Origin: Methanobacteriota archaeon
Lineage (GTDB): Archaea; Thermoplasmatota; E2; DHVEG-1
DNA: 64,000 bases
Assembly (NCBI GenBank): GCA_963769885.1
Contig: CAVYNH010000007.1
Location: 64,001-128,000 of the forward strand
Direction of reading: 5' to 3'
Shown one piece after another: positions 29,189 through 39,445 of this stretch (position 1 is the first letter of the stretch; each line of letters starts with the position of its first letter). Under the pieces are notes generated by a model, which saw only the letters and a program-made list of their open reading frames with translations, was not told the DNA's origin and did no database searches. The position numbers and the translations under genes were made by a program.

Positions 29189-30061
29189 ATGAATTTTCCC
29201 AATTACTACGCTGACGCAGAGGCGGACCGAGCCGCCGCACAGTTCGTCATCCTCGGCGTGCCCTACGAGAAGACCTCCACCTTCCGCCACGGGGCAGACC
29301 AGGCCCCCCGAGAGATCCGCCAGGCGAGCTGGAACTTCGAACAATTCGACCTCTACAGCGGCGTCACCTTCCCCAACCTCGACGTCCACGACGCCGGCGA
29401 CCTCGACGTGAAAACCCTCTCCACCAAGGCCCTCTACGCCCTCCTCCGAGACACCACCGCCACCCTGCTCCAAGACCACAAGATCCCGATCTCCTTGGGG
29501 GGAGACCATTCTATCACGCCCGGCATCGTCGCTGCCTTCCCCAACGACATCGCAGTCCTCTCCCTGGATGCCCACCTGGACTACCGCACCTCCTACAAGA
29601 AAGACCCCTACAACCACGCATGCGTCATGCGCCGCGTCGCCGACCACATCCCCGTCCAGAACCTCGCGATCCTCGGAATCAGATCCGCCGAGGAACAAGA
29701 ATACGCGGATGCCCGCGCCCACGGGCTCTACTTCAAAGACGCCTTCACCATACGAGACCAAGGAATCCAAAAGACAATCCAAGACGCGAAAACCCACTTC
29801 GGCAACAGGCAGCTCTACCTGACCCTGGACATCGACGTCATCGACCCCGCGTACGCCCCCGGGACGAGCACCCCAGAGCCGTTCGGATTAACCCCGCTCG
29901 ACGTTCTTCAGCTCATCGAAGCCTTCGCCCCACGCATCATCGGCATGGACCTCGTCGAGGTCTGCCCCCCCTACGACCAGGGGGGTACAGCGATCCTCGC
30001 CGCGAAGCTCATCCGCCTCAGTCTCAGCCTCATCTCCCGGGAGAGGAAAGGATTAGGTTAA
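29189..30061 (+). CDS. speB: Agmatinase
   Basis: GGDHS, DAHLD, DIDVIDP, STPEPFG; adjacent to aIF-5A. Confidence 0.93.
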   Translation: MNFPNYYADAEADRAAAQFVILGVPYEKTSTFRHGADQAPREIRQASWNFEQFDLYSGVTFPNLDVHDAGDLDVKTLSTKALYALLRDTTATLLQDHKIPISLGGDHSITPGIVAAFPNDIAVLSLDAHLDYRTSYKKDPYNHACVMRRVADHIPVQNLAILGIRSAEEQEYADARAHGLYFKDAFTIRDQGIQKTIQDAKTHFGNRQLYLTLDIDVIDPAYAPGTSTPEPFGLTPLDVLQLIEAFAPRIIGMDLVEVCPPYDQGGTAILAAKLIRLSLSLISRERKGLG

Positions 30062-30088
30062 TATAGAACCGAGCGTTTCCACAGGCTC

Positions 30089-31204
30089 ATGAAAAAGGAA
30101 ACCGTTGCCTTAATCGCGTTGATCGTCATCGTTCTCGGATCCCTTACCGTCTTCGTGGTCGGGACGAACACAACCCTGTTCACCGATCTCTTTTCCCAAA
30201 AGCAGACCGTCGCGGTCGGCGACTGCGTGAACGTCAGCTACATCGGCCGGTATGCCTCCAACCACACCGTCTTCGACTCCTCCTACAAAGACTCTACGAA
30301 CAAAACCGGGGACTCGCCCTTGAACATCTTCGTCAGCTATGACAAGAACGCCACCGCCCCGAAATCCGGCTACACCCAGAACATGATCAAAGGATTCATG
30401 GACGGCCTCATCGGCATGACGGAGGGACAGACCAAAACCATCGGACCCATAGCCCCCAAGGACGCCTACGGGGAAAAACTCGTCACCGGCGTTCGAATTA
30501 AGACGCCGATCCTCTTTTACTCATACCACAACATCACCCTGAATGAGACGTTTGAGGTCACGAACATCACAAACAGCAATCTCACCCTGCAATGGCTGGA
30601 CCCGCCCCATCTGGGGAACTTCACCATGACCGAGGGCGTCATCATGGGCGAAAAAGAAATGCTCCAATCGATGAATCCCTTCGAGATGCTCCCGCCCTAC
30701 TTCCTCTGGGAGAACGCCTCCCGGGTCGTGAATGTCACCAACGAGTCCGTGACCGTCAACGTCACCCCCTACCAGTTCACCAACAATTCCTCGAAATGCG
30801 AGATCTTCATGGTCGGCGAGAACTACGGGTTTGTATTCCCGAACGCCACAACCCTCACCTGGACGAACTCCACCATTAATCTCACCAGCACTCCCAAAAA
30901 AGGGACGAACTACGTCATGCTCCTGCAGGGAATCCAATTCAACATCACGGTGGGGAACATCAGCGGTGCCAACTATAACGTGACGATCTCTCAAGGGGAC
31001 ATGAATCAGACCCTGGCCATGAACAAGACCTTCGTCTTCAACCGCACCCTCGTCCTGCGCCGCAACTATGTCTTGCCAATGGCCTATGCCCCCTACATGA
31101 TTGGCAACGAGATCAAAGCGGCCGGCTACAGCATCGACCACCTTGCCGGAGAATCTTTGATCTTCGAAGTCACTGTTGACAAAATCTACAAGACGTCCTC
31201 TTAG
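30089..31204 (+). CDS. Membrane-anchored FKBP-type peptidyl-prolyl isomerase with large insertion
   Basis: GDCVNVSYIG...FDSS...GFMDGLIGM...AYG; C-terminal HLAGESLIFEV. Confidence 0.85.
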   Translation: MKKETVALIALIVIVLGSLTVFVVGTNTTLFTDLFSQKQTVAVGDCVNVSYIGRYASNHTVFDSSYKDSTNKTGDSPLNIFVSYDKNATAPKSGYTQNMIKGFMDGLIGMTEGQTKTIGPIAPKDAYGEKLVTGVRIKTPILFYSYHNITLNETFEVTNITNSNLTLQWLDPPHLGNFTMTEGVIMGEKEMLQSMNPFEMLPPYFLWENASRVVNVTNESVTVNVTPYQFTNNSSKCEIFMVGENYGFVFPNATTLTWTNSTINLTSTPKKGTNYVMLLQGIQFNITVGNISGANYNVTISQGDMNQTLAMNKTFVFNRTLVLRRNYVLPMAYAPYMIGNEIKAAGYSIDHLAGESLIFEVTVDKIYKTSS

Positions 31205-32589
31205 ACCGACAACTGTTTGGAGATCTGTCGTTCGACTAGCGACAGAAACTCCTCCTCTTTTCCTTTTGGTATCGTCGCGCCCGCCGCGATGTTATGCCCT
31301 CCGCCGACGCCATGGACGGTCTCCGCCGCGGTTTTCAATGCGGCTGAGAGATCCAGGCCGCGGTCCACGAGCACCTGCGTCGTCCGGGCTGAAACCTTGA
31401 TGTCCCCGTTCTCGGTGCAGGCGAACCCCAGCAGCGGAAGGCTTGCATCGACCTCCTCGCTGTTGAGCATCATGTTGGTGACGATGCCGATGATGGTGTC
31501 CCGTATACCGTCGCCGGCATGGAAGAACTGAACGTACTTGCGTTTCTGGATCTTTTCCTCCCGGGCGTACTGCAGGCCTTCGACGAGGTTGAGGCGGTGG
31601 CCGCGGAGTAGATTGAGTGCCTTGCCGAGCCATTCATCCCTGTCCCCGAGGCAGACCTGCAGGCCGACTTCTTCCTGGCCGTAGCGGGCGGTGGAGTTCA
31701 AGAGGGTGGCGAACTCCTTGGCGTCGTGCAGCTCCGTGCCGACCTCTTCCTGGGGGAGGAGGTAAGTTTCGCCGATGAGCCGCAGCGCGATGCGGTGGCC
31801 GAATCCCTTGCCGAGGAGCATCTGGGTGAGTGCGGACACGATGCGTTGTTTCTCCCAGGGTTCGAGGTGGATCCAGCGGCGTTGTTCGTCCCCGTCTGTC
31901 AATCTGATTTGGAGGTCTTGGAGGAAGGTCGTGCAGGCTTCTTCTCGGCCGGTGAGGCCGGGGATGAACGGGTCGTTGGCGAACTGCAGGAGTTTGGGCA
32001 GTGGTCGGGTCTCTTTCCCGAAGAATCGGAGGTCTTGGCGGACTTGTAGCTGGTTGAGGCTGACGGCTTGTTGGATGAGGTCTCGGTTGAGGCCTCTGAG
32101 TTCGCAGTAGCGGCGGTCTTGGAGGTCGCCGACGGCGCCGATGATCGCGAGACTGGCGAGGTCTGCATTCTGCGGGCTGATGGCGTGGGAGACGAGGAAG
32201 GTGGCGCCGGCGCCGGAGAGTTCGTAGGAGCCGTCGTGGCCGAAGAGGTGGGGGTTGAGGTGGTGGGGGGCGTCGGTATCTGGGGTGCAGGCGTGGTGGT
32301 CGGTGATGATTTTGGTGATGGTGGGGTATTGGGTGGCGATGGTGCTGCCTAGATCGGTGAACCAGACGAGGTCGTGGTTTTGGTCGGCGAGGCGGTCCAT
32401 GGTGGGGGCGTCGATTTGTTTGATGCATTCGATGGTGGTGTCTTTGCCGAGTCGTCTGGTGGTTTGGAGGGCGATGGCGCCGGCGGTGATGCCGTCGGCG
32501 TCGACGTGGGTAACGATGTGGACGGAGCCGGCTTTTTTGATGGTTTCGGCAAGCTGTCGGCTGCGTGTGAGTATGTCGGTTCCTCCCAT
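31201..32589 (-). CDS. RecJ-like DHH/DHHA1 phosphoesterase
   Basis: HVDADG, TDHH, GGGHNIAAG. Confidence 0.92.
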   Translation of the reverse strand: MGGTDILTRSRQLAETIKKAGSVHIVTHVDADGITAGAIALQTTRRLGKDTTIECIKQIDAPTMDRLADQNHDLVWFTDLGSTIATQYPTITKIITDHHACTPDTDAPHHLNPHLFGHDGSYELSGAGATFLVSHAISPQNADLASLAIIGAVGDLQDRRYCELRGLNRDLIQQAVSLNQLQVRQDLRFFGKETRPLPKLLQFANDPFIPGLTGREEACTTFLQDLQIRLTDGDEQRRWIHLEPWEKQRIVSALTQMLLGKGFGHRIALRLIGETYLLPQEEVGTELHDAKEFATLLNSTARYGQEEVGLQVCLGDRDEWLGKALNLLRGHRLNLVEGLQYAREEKIQKRKYVQFFHAGDGIRDTIIGIVTNMMLNSEEVDASLPLLGFACTENGDIKVSARTTQVLVDRGLDLSAALKTAAETVHGVGGGHNIAAGATIPKGKEEEFLSLVERQISKQLSV

Positions 32590-32783
32590 GTGGTGTTTGC
32601 CATCCCTGCCTGATTTTTTTTGTATTGTGTCGGCGGGATTAAATAGCGTGATGTCTTTTTCTAGCTTTGCATGACGCTGATGGTTTGGGGTGGGTGGTCT
32701 CCTGGGGGTTCTCCGAGGTATGGTTCGGAATGCATAAAAAGGGGGAGTGTTTTCTGTGGTGTCAGGTTTGAGAGGCGAGAGGA

Positions 32784-33002
32784 GTGCTTCTGAAGAAGAA
32801 GGTGTTTGAGGAAGGGTCGATTAAGATTATTGTTGATTATGAGAAGTGTCAGGGTCATGGGGAGTGTGTGACCGCGTGTCCGGTGGATGTGTTTGCGGTG
32901 GAGGGTGGGAAGGCGGTGGCGCGGCATTTGCAGGATTGTATTGAGTGTTGTGCGTGTGTGAATGCGTGTGCGAATTGCGCGATTGAGCATAGTTCCTGTT
33001 GA
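32784..33002 (+). CDS. 4Fe-4S ferredoxin
   Basis: CQGHGECVTACP and CIECCACVNAC; GAGGAG RBS. Confidence 0.9.
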   Translation: MLLKKKVFEEGSIKIIVDYEKCQGHGECVTACPVDVFAVEGGKAVARHLQDCIECCACVNACANCAIEHSSC

Positions 33003-33043
33003 GTCGGTTGTCTTGGGTTGAGTCGTGGGAGTTGGTGGTTGTC

Positions 33044-33466
33044 ATGGTGTCGAATCCGGTTGATGTGCGTGTTGTGACGTCGTGGAAGCCTGAGGAGATC
33101 GTCGCGTTGTATAAAGCGGCGGGGTGGTGGAAGGAGTGGTATGATCCGGCGGGGGTCCCGATGTTGATTCTGAAGAGTTTTGTGTTTGCGGTCGCGGTCG
33201 ATACCGTGAGTGGGAAGGCGGTGGGGATGGGTCGGGTGCTGTCTGATGGGGTGTCGGATGGGTATATTCAGGATGTCGTGGTGTTGCCGGAGTATCGGCA
33301 TCGTGAGGTGGGGAAGCAGGTGATTGAGGCGTTGGTGCAGGCGTGTCTGTCTCGTGGGGTGACGTGGATTGGGCTGGTGGCGGTGCCCGGGAGTGTGCCG
33401 TTCTATGAGGAGTGCGGGTTTCGTCCGATGCTGGGGCATACGCCGATGTTGTATGGGTCTGGGTGA
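33044..33466 (+). CDS. GNAT acetyltransferase
   Basis: YIQDVVVLPEYRHREVG...FYEECGF. Confidence 0.9.
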   Translation: MVSNPVDVRVVTSWKPEEIVALYKAAGWWKEWYDPAGVPMLILKSFVFAVAVDTVSGKAVGMGRVLSDGVSDGYIQDVVVLPEYRHREVGKQVIEALVQACLSRGVTWIGLVAVPGSVPFYEECGFRPMLGHTPMLYGSG

Positions 33467-33478
33467 TGGGCTCTGAGG

Positions 33479-34405
33479 GTGTCGTTGTCTGATTTTCATC
33501 GGATCGGGCTTGAGGATAAGGCGTTGTTTGATGGGTTCGCGGCGCGGTTCCCGGTGACGCATAGCGGGAATGTGTTTACGACGATGGTGTGTTGGCAGGA
33601 GTTCGTGCAGTATTCCGTGGCCGTCGTCCGGGATCATCTGGTGGTGTTGGCGCGGTATGATCCGGAGGTGACGGTGCGGCCGCCGGTGGGGGCGCCGGAT
33701 GATGGACTCATGGATGAGGTGATCCGCCTGGCGGTGGGGGAGGGGGCGCACCTGGGGTACGTCGAGGCGCCGGTGAAGGACCGCGTGGCTGCTCGGTATC
33801 CTGGGTTGCCGTTTGTGGAGGACCGGGATTATGCGGATTATGTGTACAAGACCGTGGATCTGGCGACGCTGCCGGGGACACGGTACGCGAAGATCCGCAA
33901 TCGGCTCAATAAGTTCACGAACAGTACGCCGTATACCGTGACGCCGATTGACGAGGGGTCGATTGCGGATTTGGAGGAGTTCCTGCACCGGTGGTGTCTG
34001 TGGAAGGATTGCGCGTCGGACCCGTATCTGGAGCATGAGCGGAAGGCGATGGTGTTTGCGATCCAGCATTTCTTTGAGCTGGGGCTGGCCGGGCTTGCCT
34101 TACGGGTCAAGGGTGAGATTGAGGCGATCTCGATCTTCGAGCAGATGAACGACAACACGGTGGTCGTGCATTTCGAGAAGGGCAGCCCGAACTATGACGG
34201 GGTGTACAAGGCGATCAACATGGAGACGGCGCGGTACGTGCAGTCCCATGCGGTGTACCTAGACCGGGAGGAGGACATCGGCCTACCGGGGCTGCGGAAG
34301 GCGAAAGAGTCATACCATCCGGACCATCTGGTCAGGGTCTGGCACGCGGAGCACGGGGCGCTTTCTCGGCTGGTGCATCCATCGTCTGGGCCAGGTCCTG
34401 GATAA
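33479..34405 (+). CDS. DUF2156 / phosphatidylglycerol lysyltransferase-like domain protein
   Basis: DYVY...KIRNRLNKF; VHFEKG...REEDIGLPGLRKAKESYHP. Confidence 0.88.
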   Translation: MSLSDFHRIGLEDKALFDGFAARFPVTHSGNVFTTMVCWQEFVQYSVAVVRDHLVVLARYDPEVTVRPPVGAPDDGLMDEVIRLAVGEGAHLGYVEAPVKDRVAARYPGLPFVEDRDYADYVYKTVDLATLPGTRYAKIRNRLNKFTNSTPYTVTPIDEGSIADLEEFLHRWCLWKDCASDPYLEHERKAMVFAIQHFFELGLAGLALRVKGEIEAISIFEQMNDNTVVVHFEKGSPNYDGVYKAINMETARYVQSHAVYLDREEDIGLPGLRKAKESYHPDHLVRVWHAEHGALSRLVHPSSGPGPG

Positions 34406-34679
34406 GGCGGCAGATGCGACAGGTCTCGACCGCAGACGAGCTGTCGTTCATAATCCGGGCTGCTGAAATCAGGATTTCTTGTTGAATCGTAACGGTGAAG
34501 ACGAGGTTATGTCCCCGCTTTTTCGAGAGGTACTGGCAGACGGCGGCCGGGGTGACCCCGAGTTTTTCTGCGGCGTCGCGCTGGTTAAGACCATGATCAT
34601 TAATCAAAGAAATTGCGAAGGCGCGCCGGATCGCGGGGAGCCGGTCCCACAGCATGATCTCGCAGGGCGTCAGCCGCAT
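34332..34679 (-). CDS. HTH transcriptional regulator
   Basis: PCE...LPAIR...QRDAAEKLGVTPAAVCQYLSKKRG. Confidence 0.85.
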   Translation of the reverse strand: MRLTPCEIMLWDRLPAIRRAFAISLINDHGLNQRDAAEKLGVTPAAVCQYLSKKRGHNLVFTVTIQQEILISAARIMNDSSSAVETCRICRLIQDLAQTMDAPAEKAPRAPRARP

Positions 34680-34847
34680 ATTCCTGTAAACTTGTTCTAA
34701 TTATATTAAATTAACGATTGTTAAAATCAATGCGAATAAAAGTCAATGCCAGGACTTGAGTCCATCGTGAAAAAGTCGTTTATTACACGGCTCGTCCGAT
34801 AAACGTATTAATTGCTTCCTTCATTTCTTTATCTGGTGGACATCCAG

Positions 34848-35291
34848 ATGAACAATCGGCTCATAGTTCTTGGCATGCTTCTGATGATTCTATGTTTAAG
34901 CACACCTCTCCAGGCCGAACCAACCAAAGAAATCGACAGGGGCGCCGTCACAATCCATTTCTACCGCGATATGGACAACGACAGTGTCTACGATCCAGGC
35001 GAACCAAGTCCGCCCTTCTTCTTCGTCCTGCTCATAACCCATCAGGTCAACCTCAGTGCCCTCGCCGTTAGATTCAGAATTATCGGACCCAGAGGCACAG
35101 TCACGTTTCACCGTCTCCCCTACCCCGCCAGATACCGCCTTATTGCACAGTTCGTCAATAACCCCATAGGCATCTATACCGAAGAATGGACCTACGACGG
35201 CCTCCTAGAACTCAGCGAAGAACTCATCGGCACCAGACTCAACCTCCCCGTAGAATACCATTTCACCCCCATGCAGACTCACCAAAAATAG
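34848..35291 (+). CDS. Hypothetical secreted protein
   Basis: Signal peptide; DMDNDSVYDPGE Ca-loop-like motif. Confidence 0.65.
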   Translation: MNNRLIVLGMLLMILCLSTPLQAEPTKEIDRGAVTIHFYRDMDNDSVYDPGEPSPPFFFVLLITHQVNLSALAVRFRIIGPRGTVTFHRLPYPARYRLIAQFVNNPIGIYTEEWTYDGLLELSEELIGTRLNLPVEYHFTPMQTHQK

Positions 35292-35377
35292 CAAGGAGTA
35301 AATACATTCAAACCTAAACCAATCTCCTGATGCACGAATTTATAGCCCATAAACCGATTACACTCACCTAAGAAACC

Positions 35378-36286
35378 ATGCCGGACCTCACCACCCACTT
35401 AGGCTCACTTACTCTTAGAAACCCCACGATCCTGGCCTCCGGCATCATGGACGAAGACGCAGGCAGCATCCGCCGTATGATCACCAGCGGCGCCGGCGCC
35501 ATCGTCACCAAATCCATCGGCCTCACACCGCGAGACGGCTACCCCAACCCCACCGTCACCGAAACCCCCCACGGCCTCCTCAACGCCATGGGCCTCCCCA
35601 ACCCCGGCATCAAAGACTTCGCAGAGGAACTCGACCGCCTCCACCCCGCTCCCGTCCCCCTCATCGCCAGCATCTACGGCAAAGACCCCGACGAGTTCCG
35701 CACCCTTGCCCGCCGCATGGAACAGCATCACGCCGACGCCCTCGAACTCAACCTCAGCTGCCCCCACGCTAAATCCTACGGCATGGAGATCGGCATGGAC
35801 CCCCAGGTCCTCAGCGAGATCACCACGGCCGTTACTTCCACGGCCCGCATCCCCGTCTTCGTCAAACTCACCCCCAATGTCCCCGACATCGTCACCCTCG
35901 CCCAGGCGGCCCAGGACGCCCATGCCGCCGGCATCGTCGCCATCAACACCCTCCGCGGCATGAGCATCGACCTCGAAGTCCGCCGCCCCATCCTCGCCAA
36001 CCGCATCGGCGGCTACTCTGGGGCCGCCATCAAACCCATCGGCGTCCGCTGCGTCTACGAAATCGCCCAACACGTTACTATCCCGATCATTGGCGTCGGC
36101 GGAATCACCACAGGGGCGGATGCCGTCGAATACATCATGGCTGGCGCCACCGCCGTCCAGATCGGCACCGCCGTCTACCTCCGCGGACCCACCGTCTTCT
36201 CACAAATCACCGCGGAAATCGGACAATGGATGACTCAGCATCACATCAAAAACCTCACCGAGATCAGAGGGGCGGCGATTCCATGA
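35378..36286 (+). CDS. pyrD: Dihydroorotate dehydrogenase B, catalytic subunit
   Basis: LNAMGLPNPG, ELNLSCPH, VKLTPN, GGYSG. Confidence 0.96.
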   Translation: MPDLTTHLGSLTLRNPTILASGIMDEDAGSIRRMITSGAGAIVTKSIGLTPRDGYPNPTVTETPHGLLNAMGLPNPGIKDFAEELDRLHPAPVPLIASIYGKDPDEFRTLARRMEQHHADALELNLSCPHAKSYGMEIGMDPQVLSEITTAVTSTARIPVFVKLTPNVPDIVTLAQAAQDAHAAGIVAINTLRGMSIDLEVRRPILANRIGGYSGAAIKPIGVRCVYEIAQHVTIPIIGVGGITTGADAVEYIMAGATAVQIGTAVYLRGPTVFSQITAEIGQWMTQHHIKNLTEIRGAAIP

Positions 36287-37062
36287 ACAGCCCACGGATC
36301 ACCACGATTCGCGCCACCAAACAAGAAACCCGTAGCGTCACGACCCTGACCTTCTCCGATTCCCAACCCATCATCCCAGGCCAGTTCTACATGATCTGGA
36401 TCCCCGGGGTTGACGAGGTCCCCATGAGCGTCTCTTTGATCTATGACAGCCTGAAAGGGATCACCTTCCGCAAGGTCGGCGACGCCACCGCCGCCCTCGC
36501 ATCTTTGAAGAAAGGAGACCGGATCGGCCTGCGCGGCCCCTACGGCAACGGCTTCTCCCTCGAGGGGAGACGCCCCCTATTCATCGCCGGCGGCACCGGC
36601 GGAGCAATGCTCGCCCCCGCCATCGAACACCTCCAGAAAAAGAAAAGAAAAACAACCGTCATCATTGGCGCAAAGACCAAAGACGATCTCTTCTTCGAAC
36701 AACGACTCGCGAAAACTGGGGCCACAGTCCTCGTGACAACCGATAACGGAACCAAAGGCTACCACGGCTACGCCTCAGACCTCGCGAAGGACCTGCTCTC
36801 ACAACCCGGCTTCGACGCGGTCTACACTTGCGGGCCCGAGCCCATGATGAAGACTCTGCTGTCTGTCTGCAAAGACATCCGGTTCGAGGCCTCCCTGGAA
36901 CGCTACATGAAATGTGCGATTGGCCTTTGCGGTCAATGCTGCATCGGGGATGGTGTACGCGTCTGTGCCGATGGCCCGATTTTTGACGGCGAAACCCTGA
37001 AAAAAATCCCGGACTTTGGGACGTTCAAACGTGACGCCGCAGGCAAAAAACAATACTTCTAA
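36283..37062 (+). CDS. pyrK: Dihydroorotate dehydrogenase electron-transfer subunit
   Basis: RGPYGNGF, CGPEPM, MKCAIGLCGQC...CADGP. Confidence 0.95.
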   Translation: MNSPRITTIRATKQETRSVTTLTFSDSQPIIPGQFYMIWIPGVDEVPMSVSLIYDSLKGITFRKVGDATAALASLKKGDRIGLRGPYGNGFSLEGRRPLFIAGGTGGAMLAPAIEHLQKKKRKTTVIIGAKTKDDLFFEQRLAKTGATVLVTTDNGTKGYHGYASDLAKDLLSQPGFDAVYTCGPEPMMKTLLSVCKDIRFEASLERYMKCAIGLCGQCCIGDGVRVCADGPIFDGETLKKIPDFGTFKRDAAGKKQYF

Positions 37063-37086
37063 GAACCACATCTGAAGAGTCCAATC

Positions 37087-37506
37087 ATGAGCGTGTTCAC
37101 CACTGAACTCCGCATCAAAACACAAGGAGAAAACACCATTCTAGACATCACCGAGAAGGTGCAATCTGCAGTAAGGCAATCAAAGATCCAAAACGGCATC
37201 GCCAACATTTTCGTGATCGGATCGACAGGCGCACTCACAACGGTGGAATACGAACCAGGACTCCTCAAGGACATCCCAGAGGCCCTCGATCGCCTCATCC
37301 CCCGGGACATCCCGTATGCGCACCAGGAGACGTGGCACGACGACAATGGACATTCCCACGTCCGCGCAAGCCTCATCGGACCTAACCTAACCGTCCCGAT
37401 CCGAAATGGCGAAGCCATCCACGGTACCTGGCAGCAGATCGTCTTCCTCGAGTTGGACACCAGACCACGCGACCGCCATCTCCTCCTCACCATCATCGGA
37501 GAATAG
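37087..37506 (+). CDS. yjbQ: YjbQ/UPF0047 family protein
   Basis: DNGHSH, GTWQQIVFLELD. Confidence 0.9.
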   Translation: MSVFTTELRIKTQGENTILDITEKVQSAVRQSKIQNGIANIFVIGSTGALTTVEYEPGLLKDIPEALDRLIPRDIPYAHQETWHDDNGHSHVRASLIGPNLTVPIRNGEAIHGTWQQIVFLELDTRPRDRHLLLTIIGE

Positions 37507-37621
37507 CCTCTTTAAATATTAACCCGGACATAAGGAACTTCCTCTCCTGAAAAACCCACAAGAAGATTAGGAAGAGCAATATTATATAACTCTTCTCGAT
37601 ATTAGTTATAATGGGGAATTA

Positions 37622-39430
37622 ATGATGAAATACAAGCCGTGGCACAAAAAACCTCAGGTTTTTACCCTAGCAATCGTCGGAATACTTCTCTCAGCTGGAA
37701 TCGTACTTGGATTACCAACACCCATCCTAAACCATACGCAGCACACCATCCTGAATGCGCCGCTCAATGCAGAACTATGGAACAAGACGTATGGCGGCAG
37801 TAACATCGACATCGGTTACTCAGTCAAACAAACAAGCGACAACGGCTACATCATCGCCGGATACACCCGATCCTATGGCGCCAACGGCCACAACGTCTGG
37901 TTGATCAAGACCGACGCTCAAGGAACCATGCAATGGAACAAGACCTTCGGCGGCAGCAGCGATGACGAGGCACAATGCGTCGCACAAACCACCGACGGTG
38001 GCTACATCATCACCGGATTCACGAAGTCGCTTGGAGCTGGCGGCAAAGACCTCTGGCTCATCAAGACTAATGCCTCCGGGAACGAGATCTGGGATAAATT
38101 CTGGGGCGGTACTTCAGACGACGCTGGAACCTGCGTCCTACAGACAACCGACGGCGGCTACATTATCTCCGGTTACACTTCGTCCTACGGCGCTGGCAGC
38201 GTCGATGCCTGGCTCATCAAGACTAATGCCTCCGGGAACCAGGTCTGGGCGAAGACCTACGGTGGCTTAAGCTCAGACGGAGCATACTGGGTGGTCCAAA
38301 CCTCCGATGGCTATGCCCTGACTGGTTGGACCTATTCCTACTCTGTGGACCCGATCGGCGACGCCTGGCTGGTGAAAACCGACCTGAACGGCAACCAGCT
38401 CTGGTACGTCACCTATGGCGGCAATGACGTGGATCGCGGCTACTGCCTCGATTACACCACAGATGGGGGATACATCATCACTGGGTATACCGCAAGCATG
38501 GGCGCGGGCCTAGATGATATGCTGCTCATCAAGACCTATGCCAACGGCACTCAACAATGGCTGAAGACCTTCGGCGGAACTGGCAGAGACTACGGCAACG
38601 CGGTCGTACAGACCAAGACCGATGGCTATATCATTGCAGGCTACACCCTCTCTTATGGAGCGGGTAGCGAGGATGTCTGGGTCGTCAAGACCGACGCTGT
38701 AGGCAACCAGGAATGGTCCCAGACCTTCGGAGGAACCTATTCAGATGAAGGATGGAGCATCCAGCAGACTTCGGATTGGTCGTTCATCGTCGCCGGATTT
38801 ACCCTCTCCCACGGGGCAGGCGTCCATGATGTCTGGCTTATTAAGATCGCGGGAGACACTGTGCCGCCGCTCGAGGTCGACGCTGGCGGTCCTTATTCCG
38901 GAATGATGGGCGTCCCTGTCGAGTTTACCGGAAATGTGAGTGGCGGCATCCCACCGTATCAATACCACTGGGACTTCGGCGATGGGAACACCTCTGAAGA
39001 GCTCTCACCGAGCCATGTCTACGCCGCCGCGGGCTCTTACCAAGCGAATTTCAGCGTGGTCGATAGTAACGGGAGCATTGCAAGCGATACCGCGTCTGTC
39101 ACTATTCTCGCGGATACAACATCACCGGCGATAGCTATTATTCAGCCGTTAGCACACTCGTTGTACTTGAAAGGTAAGCGGCTGCTGCCGTTTCCCATCA
39201 CGCTTTGCATCGGTGCTGTGATTGTCACTGTGACTGCTTCTGATAACGAGTCCGGGGTCGCGTCGGTCGCCTTCTCGCTCAATGGAGTCGTGAAGTCAAC
39301 GGATATCGAGCCTCCGTATGAGTGGACCTGGGAGGGTCCGGCCTTTGGGAGGTTCACGCTTGGGGTTGAGGCGAGGGATAATGCTGGGAACAACGCGTCC
39401 TTACTGCCGACCGTCTGGCGGTTCTTCTAA
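37622..39430 (+). CDS. Secreted beta-propeller with PKD and Ig-like domains
   Basis: QTxDGGYII repeats; WDFGDG. Confidence 0.88.
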   Translation: MMKYKPWHKKPQVFTLAIVGILLSAGIVLGLPTPILNHTQHTILNAPLNAELWNKTYGGSNIDIGYSVKQTSDNGYIIAGYTRSYGANGHNVWLIKTDAQGTMQWNKTFGGSSDDEAQCVAQTTDGGYIITGFTKSLGAGGKDLWLIKTNASGNEIWDKFWGGTSDDAGTCVLQTTDGGYIISGYTSSYGAGSVDAWLIKTNASGNQVWAKTYGGLSSDGAYWVVQTSDGYALTGWTYSYSVDPIGDAWLVKTDLNGNQLWYVTYGGNDVDRGYCLDYTTDGGYIITGYTASMGAGLDDMLLIKTYANGTQQWLKTFGGTGRDYGNAVVQTKTDGYIIAGYTLSYGAGSEDVWVVKTDAVGNQEWSQTFGGTYSDEGWSIQQTSDWSFIVAGFTLSHGAGVHDVWLIKIAGDTVPPLEVDAGGPYSGMMGVPVEFTGNVSGGIPPYQYHWDFGDGNTSEELSPSHVYAAAGSYQANFSVVDSNGSIASDTASVTILADTTSPAIAIIQPLAHSLYLKGKRLLPFPITLCIGAVIVTVTASDNESGVASVAFSLNGVVKSTDIEPPYEWTWEGPAFGRFTLGVEARDNAGNNASLLPTVWRFF

Positions 39431-39445
39431 GATGATCAGTATCCT

